DNA of 38,071 bases from Pseudogymnoascus verrucosus (Eukaryota), in NCBI GenBank assembly GCA_001662655.1, contig KV460240.1; one strand, 5' to 3'. Position 1 is the first letter of the stretch. Each line of letters begins with the position of its first letter. Of this stretch, positions 21,485 to 32,070 are shown one piece after another. The position numbers were made by a program, and so were the translations under genes. Under the pieces are notes generated by a model. The model was given only the letters and a program-made list of their open reading frames with translations, searched no databases and was not told where the DNA came from.

Positions 21485-21884
21485 CCGAAAGGAGAATGGG
21501 AAAAGTTGAGAACTACCTTCATTTATATGTCTGATAAGCCGTGAAATGTGAAGTCTTATCTACTAAGTGAGTATAAACCGCCCAACCAAGCCATTAGACC
21601 AGTCCTCTCCCCCCCCCGGGCATACTCGACTACCCTCTTCATAGCAAAGAAAAAGTATGTGATCACTCACCTTATAACATTCACTTCCTTGTGTTGTCTA
21701 TGTGTTGTAAAGCCGTCGATGGGGTGGGGGTGCGGGTGGGGGGGGCCTGAACTATCTGGAGCTTTCTTTGGAGAGAGATGGTATGGACATTGGTGGTGAC
21801 GAATAGTGTGCTCCCTTTACACTTACCACCATATCATCTCTAGTGTCAGCTCCATCTCTCAGCGTACACAGAACCCATAAAGTA

Positions 21885-21946
21885 GACTGACAACGACTGA
21901 CAACGACTGACAACGACTGACAACGACTGACAACGACCGACAACGA
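21885..21946. repeat. 10-bp tandem repeat (CAACGACTGA)n, about 6 copies
   Basis: GACTGA (CAACGACTGA)x4 CAACGACCGA CAACGA. Confidence 0.92.
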
Positions 21947-22426
21947 AACATGCCTTCTACCCCCCTTCCCCCCTCTCTTTCCAACAAGCATAACGCCCGC
22001 TACCCATGTTAATAAAGTGACCCCGCCAACACAACTAGACCCAATCAAGCTACCAATTTCAAAGATCAGCACCATCAATATAGTTCCCCCCCAGGGACTG
22101 CACGCAGCGCACGTATGCAGCATTTAGCTCTATATGTATGTGGCGTAGGACTAGTCTTTGCCTACGTGCTGAGTCGCCCTCGCCCCCCGCTCTCTGGCTT
22201 AAATCTCTAGCTCACTACCTTGTTGGCGAAGCTGCGGTGGATGTCTAGCCACTGCTTGATACAATGACTAAACCACTACGCCTTGGCACAAGCTGTAGTT
22301 ACAGAATACAGCACAGCACAGCACACATCATACGCATAGTCACCCCCCCAACCCAACCTACAAGCAGCCACAATCACAATCCGCCATTCATTTACTCCTG
22401 ATTTTCCATCCCCGCCCTCGCTCCTT

Positions 22427-23307
22427 TTACGCCTTCGCACTCTCATCCCTCTCCACCAGCTCCCCAACCCCCAGTCCCCTCCCAACCCTAACCTTCCTGA
22501 GTACCTCCCCCGCCTCATTCTTCTCCATCTCCTCGCCGGCCTGCTTCCCCTCATCCCCCACCGCATCGCCCTCATCCTCCGCATCCTCCCCCCCAGCAGC
22601 GAGTAATTCGGCGCGCACACCGTCGAGGTCGAGTCTCATGCTATAGGCGTCCTCGCCGTCGGCGTAGTATTTGGCTTCGATCTTGTCGTTGCGGAAGCCG
22701 AGGGTGTCGCGGTAGAGGCGCAGGGCGGCGTTGTTGGAGATGCGGACGTGGAGGGAGACGTAGCGGGATTGGAATGTTTCTACCATTGCTTTTTCTGTGG
22801 GGGGTTCGTTAGCTGCCATCACCGTCACTGTTTGAATTTTCATGTCTGTTCATTCACATCTTCCCCCTCCCACCGCCTTCCCTTCCCACCGCCTTCCCCC
22901 GCCCCTCGACTAAGACAAAATTCTCGAGACGGGGAGAAGAAGGCGGGAAGGGGAAGAAAGGGAGGAGGAGGGGGGGTAGGTAGGTAAAACTCACGAGCCT
23001 GCCTCATCAATTTCTCCGCAATCCCCAACCTCCGATGCGTCCTCATAACACTCAAACTCGTAATATGCCCATGCGCCACCCCATCCGCCGGCTCCTCCTC
23101 CATCTTCGCCAACACATACCCCACGATGCGGGGCGGATCATACGGCGACTTGGGCGGACGCGACACGTCCACGGCGACGAAGGAGAGCTGTGGCCAGGAG
23201 AGCGCGTGGTAGAGGTAGTATTTCATGAAGTAGTTTTCGGGGAGGTTGGTGATGTTGGCGTGTTGCACGTGCGGGATGTCCGAGGCGTGGAGGAGGCGGA
23301 TGTCCAT
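22427..23307 (-). CDS. ARD1: NatA N-terminal acetyltransferase catalytic subunit
   Basis: Exons 23307-22995 and 22794-22427 (200-nt intron). Contains [55 protein letters not shown] and YYADGEDAY. Confidence 0.96.
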
Positions 23308-23789
23308 GGTTTGGGTTGGGGGGGTCTTGCGACCGGTGTTTGTGGAGGGGGTGGTTGTGGTGGATTGGTGGATTGGAAGCTGTGTGTGGAGGTGAGGTGA
23401 GGTTGGTAGTGAGAGCTGTTGGCGATTTTCGAGAGGGGCCGGATTATGTGTCTCTCCGTCCGTGCTTCGGCGGGTTCGCCGGTGGTGCCCGGTGGGTTAG
23501 TAGCGTTGTTTTTCTTGGTGGGGGTGAGAGGTGGGATGGTGTGGTCCTGCGGGGTATTGGGATACCGACCACGCGCTTTGCGATATGTGATAGTGGCTCT
23601 TTCGGAGAGATCTGCTCCGGAATTTGGGGGACGTGGGGTGGGACTATATAAAGGAGAGGATTCTTTTTTTTGTTGGAGGGGTTCTCATCTTGTTCTTGGG
23701 TTTTTGTAGGAAGAGTTGATACTGGAATATTATAACTTCGTTGAGACGTTGGTGATAAATCCGCCAAGTGCTGCTTAGATATCGACACG

Positions 23790-24703
23790 ATGGCTCCAAC
23801 TTTGGTTCCTAGAGCTTTGGAGGGCAAGCTCGCTCTTATTACTGGAGCTTCTAGAGGTATGATTACCCCGATGAAGCCTCATTACCATACTAACCCCCCC
23901 CAGGCATTGGCGCCGCCATCGCCGAGAACCTCGCCTCCAAAGGCGCAACTCTAATCCTCAACTACACGTCGCCCTCCTCCAAAGCCCCCACCGAGGAGCT
24001 CTCCGCCAAACTCCTCAAAGACCACTCCGTCTCCAGCTACATAATCCAAGCCGACATGGGCACCCTCACCGGCCCCTCGCAACTCATCGCCTCCGCCAAA
24101 TCCGCCCGCGAAGCCGACGGCCGCACCTTCATTCTCGACATCATCATCAACAACGCCGGCGTGGCAGTAAACGACTTCCTCCCCGCCATCCAAATCGCCG
24201 ATTTCGACAGCGGATACCACGTCAACGTGCGCGGGCCCCTCCTGCTCATGCAAGCCGCGCAACCGCACCTCCCCACCGACCGCTCCGGGCGCATCGTCAA
24301 CATCTCCAGCATCTCCGCCCAGGCCGGGTTCGTAGGCCAATCCATCTACGGCGGCACGAAAGCAGCCTTAGACGCCATGACGAGGACGTGGGCTAGGGAG
24401 TTGAGCGAGAATGCGACTGTGAATTCGATTAATCCGGGCCCTGTGGCTACCAGCATGTGGTTTGGGAACTCGGAGGAGTTTATGGAGGGGATTAGACCGT
24501 TTATTCAGGGGGCGCCGTTGGAGAAGATTAGACCCGAGCTGGATGATAAGGAGCTTGTGGAGGGGGCGGAGAAGGCGGGGGGGAGGCCGGCGTATACGTG
24601 GGAGATTGCGGGGGTGGTGGGGATGCTTTGTACGAAGGATGCGGGGTGGGTTACGGGGCAGGTTGTGTCGGCGAATGGGGGTATGAGGTTTGGTACTGGT
24701 TGA
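23790..24703 (+). CDS. Classical short-chain dehydrogenase/reductase (FabG/3-oxoacyl-reductase-like)
   Basis: Exons 23790-23856 and 23904-24703. Has the TGASRGIG cofactor motif, NNAG, NISS, catalytic YGGTK, NPGP and VTGQVVSANGG. Confidence 0.92.
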
Positions 24704-24844
24704 GGCGTGGTAGATAGTTGGGTATATATGAATACATTTGATCGTAGGCTATACAAGATGAGCTGGCACTTGAAGAGGACCGCTGGCTGTTTTGTTGTGC
24801 ACATGGACTTGTGGTTGATGCTAACAGGGAACAACTTTCATTAT

Positions 24845-26430
24845 TCAGGTCACCATGTGCTTCCCATCCTCTCCACCTCGCAGGGCAAGCAGCGCTCTCA
24901 CATCAGTGACATGCTGTAGCCCTTCAAGCAGCGGTACCAAGTGCAGCAGATCATTATCCGTTGGATCGTTAATCCAGCCTTCTATCGGGATAGCATTGTC
25001 TATCACAATCGTTAGCAACAAGCCCAGTTCTGTCCCCCAAACTACCACACAGACAACATACCTTGATGAAACATGTAACTCAACGGGCTATTATCCAAAA
25101 TCATAACCCGACTCAAGTCCGGCTCCACACTGCTCAGATCCTTGATAAACGCCCCATGCCTAAACGTGCAATGCTGCCTATACAGCCTTCCGCTGAAGAA
25201 CTTGCGCTCCTGCTCCAGCCAGTCAATCACTGGGTCCGCATACTCCTGCACCGACGCCGTGAAAATCACCAGGTTATACCACTTGCACACCCGCCGCAGG
25301 AAGTCGTCACAGTGAGGTCGCTTGTGCACGTAATACAGGATTGGGTGTTGGGGTCCGGCAATCGGGACCCCTGAGGCGGCGACGAAGGTGTTGAGCTTCA
25401 CTTCCACCATGTGCCCGGTGGACATACGTCCGCCTTTGGCCATGGAATGGATCAGCGTCTCGTCGAGATCGAGAATCAACGTCTTCTGCGGGCCCCGTCC
25501 ATTAATCGGCTCAGCCATCGTATAACTCGGCTGCCTCTTCGGGATCAGCGGCCTCGGCGGCGCAGGCGCGCGCGGATACTTCGCCATTGACAGCGTCGCC
25601 GGCGGCGAAGTTGGGGACTTGAGCGTAGCGGGTGTGATTTCAGTAAGAGCAGGACTAGCGCCACCGGCGCCGTCAGACTGTGTCATGGGTGAGTTCGTAG
25701 ACTGAGATTTGCGGTGCCTGCGGTCCTGCCGCGCGTCTTCGTTGTGAAGCTTGATGCGGATAGAGCGGCGCGCGGGGGTCGTCTCGTCGTTCGGCTTGAG
25801 GGATTTGGAGCGGGTGTGTCTGCCGGCTGAGCTGGTCGGGCGGGAGTCCAAGTCGCGCTCGGATTCGGACTCGGAGGAGAGCTGGGAGGACAGTGAGGCG
25901 TTCTTTTGGGGCCGTATGGAGGGCCGCCTGGTTGAGGCTGCGTGCTTTTCTAGTAGCGCGTTGCGTTCGCTGCTCAAGCCTTCGTGGCTCATCTCCCCTC
26001 TCCAGAAATACCCTCCAATCCTCCGCACCTGGAATAAGGGCGCGAAGTTTCCGTCGTGATCGTACAAACATGCTATTATATAAAACCCCGGCGCCATTAT
26101 CGCCGATACCACCCATCGTACAGAGTTCACAAACGCGGCCGCTATTCGTTTCGAGAAGAAGACAAAGTCCCTCGGCCTTGACTGTATATCCGCCTTCCTA
26201 TCTTCTAGCATTGGGACCTTCTCGTCTGTGCTGGTATGTCCTGCCTCCGTGGAGGTTTCTTCCCCTGCCTCTGCCGCGCCATCCTCTTCGTCGTGCTCGT
26301 CTACTGCATCCTCGGCAAGACTGCTTGGTTGTATTGACGCGCTTCCGGCGAGGCTTAGGGAGCTGCCATAGGAGTTGCTTCGCGAAGGCGGCGGCGAAAC
26401 CCGCGCCGATAGGATGTTGAGGGAGTTCAT
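24845..26430 (-). CDS. NEM1: Nem1/CTDNEP1-type NIF (FCP1-like) protein phosphatase
   Basis: Exons 26430-25062 and 24999-24845. Starts MNSLNILSARV, has a hydrophobic segment, then KTLILDLDETLIHS, YYVHKRP, FTASVQEYADPVID, IKDLS, LDNSP and DNAIPIEGWINDPTD. Confidence 0.9.
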
Positions 26431-27121
26431 CTTCGTATCCAAGCCATGAATGAGAGGTGGCGTTGGCGAGTCAAAGGGTGTCGCGTTTCAGGCAGCGAGG
26501 CGCTGGTAGAAGATGTCTATGACAGTGGAAGGCCACGTTTCGGTTTTGTACGCAGTCTTGGTGCCGTATGGAATATCTTTCTCTTGCGACTGCTCTATTG
26601 TAGGAGGTTGTCGGATGCGACTGTCGCAGTTGTCGTAATCTTACAATGATCCCGTCTGCTTTGCTACAGCAACTCTGGATGCGAACGGCAAACAAAGGCG
26701 ACAGAAAGTACAATCTTGCTCTTGCCTGTAAATCCGCGGATTTGACGGCCACGAAACAAGTGCCTTTCGAGTTGAGTTGTTGAACTTCTTCGTACTGTTG
26801 ATGACGGTGGTTGGGTTGGAGTTGGAATCCACGGCCCGAGCTTCGCCGGAACCCTTGCACCGTCGTCCACGGAACATTTTCCGAACATTGGAGCGATGAG
26901 CAACTTCCAGCCTCACTCAACTGCAAATTAATAGCCTTACAACTTGCGCCTTTTATTCTCTCCCAACTCCACGCATACTATCACGGCATAGAGAAATACG
27001 CATTTAAGGCCTACCTAGTTGCGATTCACTGCTCACAAACTCAACTTCAAAAGCGATTGAGTCACACATTTCAACAGCCTCATAAAACGGACGAAGTCAA
27101 CACCCCCGCCCCCGCGCGACA

Positions 27122-28655
27122 ATGGCGCCTTCCGTAGCTGGCTACACGCCAACCCTGTCGACATTTCTAGCATATCTCAAAGACAAGGAGAATCACCCCG
27201 TGGAGTCATGCATTGAGCTCCTGGTCTCGTTAGTTGACCTCACAAACTTTTGTCGCGTTGCGAACACATACTGATTCACCACCAGACTCCTCAAACAAAG
27301 ACAAATCAGAAATTCTAGGCCATGTGCTGTCGCGACGGCAAAACTATTGCGCCGGGTCGTATCAAGCTTGAAATGGAGAGATGCGGAGGATCTTATTCGA
27401 CGCATACAGGATGTGGGACAAAGGCTTATGGAGGCCCAGCCAAGAGAGATGGTGGTGGGGAACATTGTCCGACGTGTATTGGGTCTGATCAGAGATGAAA
27501 TTCTGGAGGAAAGAAATGAAGATGTCAGTAGCGATGCTGGCTCTGTGACGCCAAATCGAATGCACGCCCCCCCAGCATTGAGCCATCCGCGACCATCTAC
27601 CGCCGACTCAGCATCAGCAAGAAGCCCATTTGACCAGCACGCCAGGCCGTCTCTCATGAGTTCCCATACATCATACGCAGTTGTGGGCGGAGTCCCTGCT
27701 GTCCAGTCGATGTTCAGCCTCCTCTCAGCTACTCCGTCCGAGGACCCTACACCCCCAGGAGTGCCATCGCCGAGCGACAAAGGCGTCGATGCAGCAGCGC
27801 TCTCAAGGAGGATTACAACTAGCACTCGAGACCTAAAATCGGAGATTTGTGACGGCATCAACGAGATCATCGACGAGCTTCTCCAATCCGACGAGCGAAT
27901 TGCGAGTTATGCCCACGAGCACATCCACTCCAACGAGATTATCCTCACACATACATCTTCACAGACGGTACACCAGTTTCTTCTCAAAGCGGCAGCAAAG
28001 CGCAAGTTTACGGTTATCGTCGCGGAGTCATATCCCAATGATCATGAACAGACGCATAGTGCTGCTATGGGGGTGCTAACTCCACATGACGACGAGGAGG
28101 ATGAACTGGGTCTCGAGCAGTTCCAAAAGTCATTAACAGCGGCAGGTCTTACCGTGGTCTTGATCACAGATTCGTCCGTCTTCGCGATCATGTCGCGAGT
28201 GAACAAGGTGATTTTGGCGACACATGCAGTTATTGCCAACGGCGGTTTAGTTGCGGCATCTGGAGCCCGAATTATCGCCAAAGCCGCCAACAAGCACAGG
28301 ACACCCGTGATTGTGGTGTCCGGTGTTTATAAGCTTAGCCCCCAGTATCCGTATGAGTTCGAATCACTGATCGAGTATGGCGACCCGTCGAAGATTATCA
28401 CCTACGAGGATGGCGACTTTGTGGAGAAGATGGACGTCGAGAACCCACTCTTCGACTATGTTCCTCCGGAGCTTGTTGACCTTTACATCACCAACCTGTA
28501 AGTTCAACCATTTTTTTTGTCGAAGTCTCAACATAAATTCCCCCATATTAACATTCTATAGTGGGGCACACGCACCATCATATCTCTACAGAATCGTGGC
28601 GGATCATTATAAGCCCGAGGACACAAACTTTCACAACCCCGAAGTCCGCTTTTGA
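27122..28655 (+). CDS. GCD7: Translation initiation factor eIF2B beta subunit
   Basis: Exons 27122-27228, 27286-28497 and 28562-28655. Contains AQPREMVVGNIVRRVLGLIR, HIHSNEIILT, FAIMSRVNKVI, YKLSPQYP and [25 protein letters not shown]. Confidence 0.94.
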
Positions 28656-29183
28656 GGGACCAAAAATCTCCAAAAACAAGCTGTCAAAACATTTCAGCGA
28701 TCGGCGACACGCGGCCTCGCCGTCACCTCTTAAGGATATATATGCGCTTCGTAAGGCTTGTTTCTGCAGCACGACAATTAACTTGTTCGCCAGTCTCTGT
28801 TTGGGTTGCATAATGCCGTGGGAAACGCGTAAGCCAGAATGGCGCCGCTTGCTGACATCTGTCACTAAGCTATGGTTGGGTAGCTCGGTAGGGCCGCGTT
28901 GGCTCAGCCTTGCATATCCCTGTGACATCCAGTAGCGGCAAGGGACTTTCCCCGCTCAAATAGATAATAGAGTCAATCCTGCCAGGCAGCTCTGCAGTAA
29001 TGCGACAAACGTGCAAGACTTTGGATTCCTCGCTGTCGTGATCTTTGGTGATGCTCTAAATCTTGAACCGTCGGTCGACATCGACGCAACAGTTGGTCCT
29101 TTCTTCTTGCCTCGACACCTATTGTCAGCTTATCTACCACCTATTTACTACCACATAAGCAGTGCTTTGGCACACTTCCGGCC

Positions 29184-31394
29184 ATGGACAACGCACCCCC
29201 TCCTCCCTACAGTGAAACGGACATTTATTCGAACTCCGGCCGTTCGCCTTTGAGCGCTCCTCCTGACCTAAGCCGCTCGACCACTCAAACCGATGATGCC
29301 TCTCAGGCTTCTACCAACAACTCAGTCATTTATACTCCAGCTGAGTCTGTGAATAACGACTCTTATGCGTCAGCCGCCCGTTTATACTTCGAAAGCCGCC
29401 CGCCCCCACGGAAAGTTCAACGACGTCCCATTTCCCATGAGATCGCCGTAGGGCATATGAGCACACCAGACGACTTGCCTTATATTCCCGAATTCGCGGA
29501 TTTAGATATTACAACTCAGGACTGGGCGACATTTATAAACTATGTCATCCCACACCATATCGATCAGTCAAATGGGCTCGTGGCGAGCGAGAAAATGAAG
29601 GCAGAAGTCCTCGATAGGCGCATGCATGGGCTTACCCTTTCACCAGAAGGCGCCTCGGACTTATCCGCCGTTGACGCACAGTTAAATACTCTCCAGCCCT
29701 CCAAAGTCGATCTGGCAGGGCCTCCCGAAGATGATATCGCAGCTGTGGTCTTGGAGTGGAACACTGGATTTTTTGGACCCAGAGGCGTCCGCGTTTTAGC
29801 TAATGTGAGCGAGCCGGATCCGCCGGCTCTTCCGCCAAGGACTACCACGGAGCCACCGCTGGCTACAAGGTCGATGCCCTCCAGACCGGGATGGCAGACT
29901 ACAGGTTCGGAAACAGCCTCGGATCGTGATAGTGTAGGCGGGGAACGAGAGCAGATGGGATGGGGTTGGGGCCCTCAGGGGCCGGGACGAAGACACGGAC
30001 ACGGAGACGGACACGGACGCGGCCGCCGGGGGCATGGCGGATTTGACAGAGGCGGATGTGGAGCCACCCCAAGGGACGGTTTTAGGGGGTTTGGCCGCCG
30101 TGGCGGTTTGGTATGTGCGGATGCATCTGGCTTTCACGTTGGGAGAGTGATGTCCGCGGGGAATGATGGCTTCCGACTTGGACCTATGGTTGCGGATAAA
30201 TCTGGATTTCGCATCGGGAATATGCTTGTTGCTAATGATGAGGGGTTCAAACTTGGGGGTATGACTTTTGGAAATACCAATAGCTCTAGTCCAGCGCCGC
30301 CAAACCCATACGCTGAGCGAGGGCGGAATATGAAGGATGGAGGAGATAAGAATGGTCGTGATAGATCGAGGTCAATAAGCTCGCGTAGTTCATCTAGCGA
30401 TGATACGGTCGGGACCGAAGACTCGGAAGGAAGTTTACCTGATGTCAGTGATTTAAAACCAAATCAGCTGCATGTTGTGAAACAGAGCCTGATGGAATGG
30501 CTCAACCATCCCGAGCAACCAGTTAGCAAGGAAAGCGTCAAAACTCTCAAGAGAGACATCAAACTGGCTAAACATGCAAGGAAACCGGAAGGGCAGGAGC
30601 TTACCGAACTAAAAGCAGAGCTAAGGGCATTGACCAAGGCGTTCAAAGAGCTGAAGAAGAGTAGGGCAGTGAAGAGGAAGTCGATAAGGAAGGAAAGGAG
30701 GAAACAGCGAAAAGAGCTGAGAACCCAAGCGAAACAGAGGAGAAGGGAGGAGAGGGCGGCGAGAAGGAGCCGGGGGAAGGGCAAAGAGAAGGCGGCTGCG
30801 GCGGAGTATGATGAGTATGCGCCTCTCGAAACAGGTTTCGTACAGAACAGCGGTTCCATTCCAGGATTTCCAAGTGGGTCGCCTGGCATGCGCAACATGC
30901 CTTCTATTCCAGGGTTTCCAAATGGCCCACCTGGCATGCACAATATGCCCTCTATTCCAGGGTTTCCAAATGGCCTCCCTGGCATTCAAATGCCGGGCAA
31001 CTTCCTGGGTATGGGCTTCAACCCATTATCGCCCGAGTCGCCGAGGTCCCCAGGGGAAGTCATAAAGGTCCAGGAAAAGCGTGAGCACTTAGGAAGGGAG
31101 GCAGAGCGCATCTTGGCAGATGCGCGTGCCATGCACAAGGAAGCAGAGGAAACAAGAATCAGGGCTGATCAAGAGCAAGACGAAAAGTCGACGCTGAAGC
31201 TCCTCGATGTGGCGAAGGATCTAGATGTCGAAGTAGAGAAGCTGTATGAAGGAGCTGACCGATTGATTGCGGAATCAGTCCATCTAGAGGAATGTTTGAG
31301 GGAGATTAATGGTGGTGAGATGCCACAAAGAGATACTGCCGACAAGGAGTATATAAGAAGAATGAGGCAGAATAGTGGGGTTTCTACTCACTGA
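29184..31394 (+). CDS. Uncharacterised 736-aa protein (PPxY motif, Gly/Arg-rich and repeat regions, basic and coiled-coil C-terminus)
   Basis: Long intronless ORF with an ATG in good context (GCCATGG). No recognisable catalytic domain. Confidence 0.8.
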   Translation: MDNAPPPPYSETDIYSNSGRSPLSAPPDLSRSTTQTDDASQASTNNSVIYTPAESVNNDSYASAARLYFESRPPPRKVQRRPISHEIAVGHMSTPDDLPYIPEFADLDITTQDWATFINYVIPHHIDQSNGLVASEKMKAEVLDRRMHGLTLSPEGASDLSAVDAQLNTLQPSKVDLAGPPEDDIAAVVLEWNTGFFGPRGVRVLANVSEPDPPALPPRTTTEPPLATRSMPSRPGWQTTGSETASDRDSVGGEREQMGWGWGPQGPGRRHGHGDGHGRGRRGHGGFDRGGCGATPRDGFRGFGRRGGLVCADASGFHVGRVMSAGNDGFRLGPMVADKSGFRIGNMLVANDEGFKLGGMTFGNTNSSSPAPPNPYAERGRNMKDGGDKNGRDRSRSISSRSSSSDDTVGTEDSEGSLPDVSDLKPNQLHVVKQSLMEWLNHPEQPVSKESVKTLKRDIKLAKHARKPEGQELTELKAELRALTKAFKELKKSRAVKRKSIRKERRKQRKELRTQAKQRRREERAARRSRGKGKEKAAAAEYDEYAPLETGFVQNSGSIPGFPSGSPGMRNMPSIPGFPNGPPGMHNMPSIPGFPNGLPGIQMPGNFLGMGFNPLSPESPRSPGEVIKVQEKREHLGREAERILADARAMHKEAEETRIRADQEQDEKSTLKLLDVAKDLDVEVEKLYEGADRLIAESVHLEECLREINGGEMPQRDTADKEYIRRMRQNSGVSTH
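30855..30983 (+). repeat. Coding 48-nt tandem repeat (SIPGFPxGxPGMxNMP, about 2.7 copies)
   Basis: Units start at 30855, 30903 and 30951. Confidence 0.9.
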
Positions 31395-31624
31395 GGGGGG
31401 AGATCGGAATGCTCTTGTCTTGTAGCGATTTTCATGTATTTATGATATATTGATGATATACTTATGATATATTTATGTCGTCGGCGCTGATCTCCAGGCG
31501 TTTGGGTCACTGAACTACACAATTCAACTTATATTAACTTTGGATTCGGTCTGATCCGGTACCTTACATTATTATCTGACTTGACCTACCTCGCTATCTA
31601 AAGCAACGCGTGCAAATTAACAAT

Positions 31625-31884
31625 CCCCAGCAGCTCACCCCACTGGACATTGACCCTTGCAAAATAGTTGCTCTCGCGTCATTACCGAAATTATATATTA
31701 ACCCATGCCCAGATCTTGAAAAAGCTCTTGGGGTAGGTGCGGGGTACAACTGAACTAATATGTTCTCTCCGCAATTGACAGTGCAATTCGGGGTAGTCGG
31801 AGCGGCTATGTTGTACGGAGAAATAGCTTACTCGTGCCAAATATTTTGACTTTAACCTCCTGCGGCCAACAGCCCCGCCCCCGC
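31625..31884. promoter_or_regulatory. Multiple CreA/Mig1-type SYGGRG sites upstream of the beta-galactosidase
   Basis: CCCCAG 31625, CCCCAC 31638, GCGGGG 31739 and tandem CCCCGC at 31873 and 31879, with a TATA-like TATAATAA at 31991. Consistent with carbon catabolite repression, but these are short motifs. Confidence 0.45.
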
Positions 31885-32070
31885 CGGTGATGATACTATA
31901 TGCTGCAAGAGCCTAGCAGTGAACCAAGCTTTTTCAATTGTTGACAACGGAAGATGGGAGCCCGAAGCCGATACGATGCGTATTAGAGGTTATAATAAAG
32001 ACGGGTTGCCTCTGTTGTCAATGGCACTCGTGAACTCGTGGAAGTACGCGTTCGTGGAACACTTCGAAAT

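Noticed and set aside
22482..22494. Telomere/telomerase-template-like CAACCCTAACC
   Set aside because: Lies inside ARD1 coding sequence (KVRVG) in a C-rich block; single occurrence.
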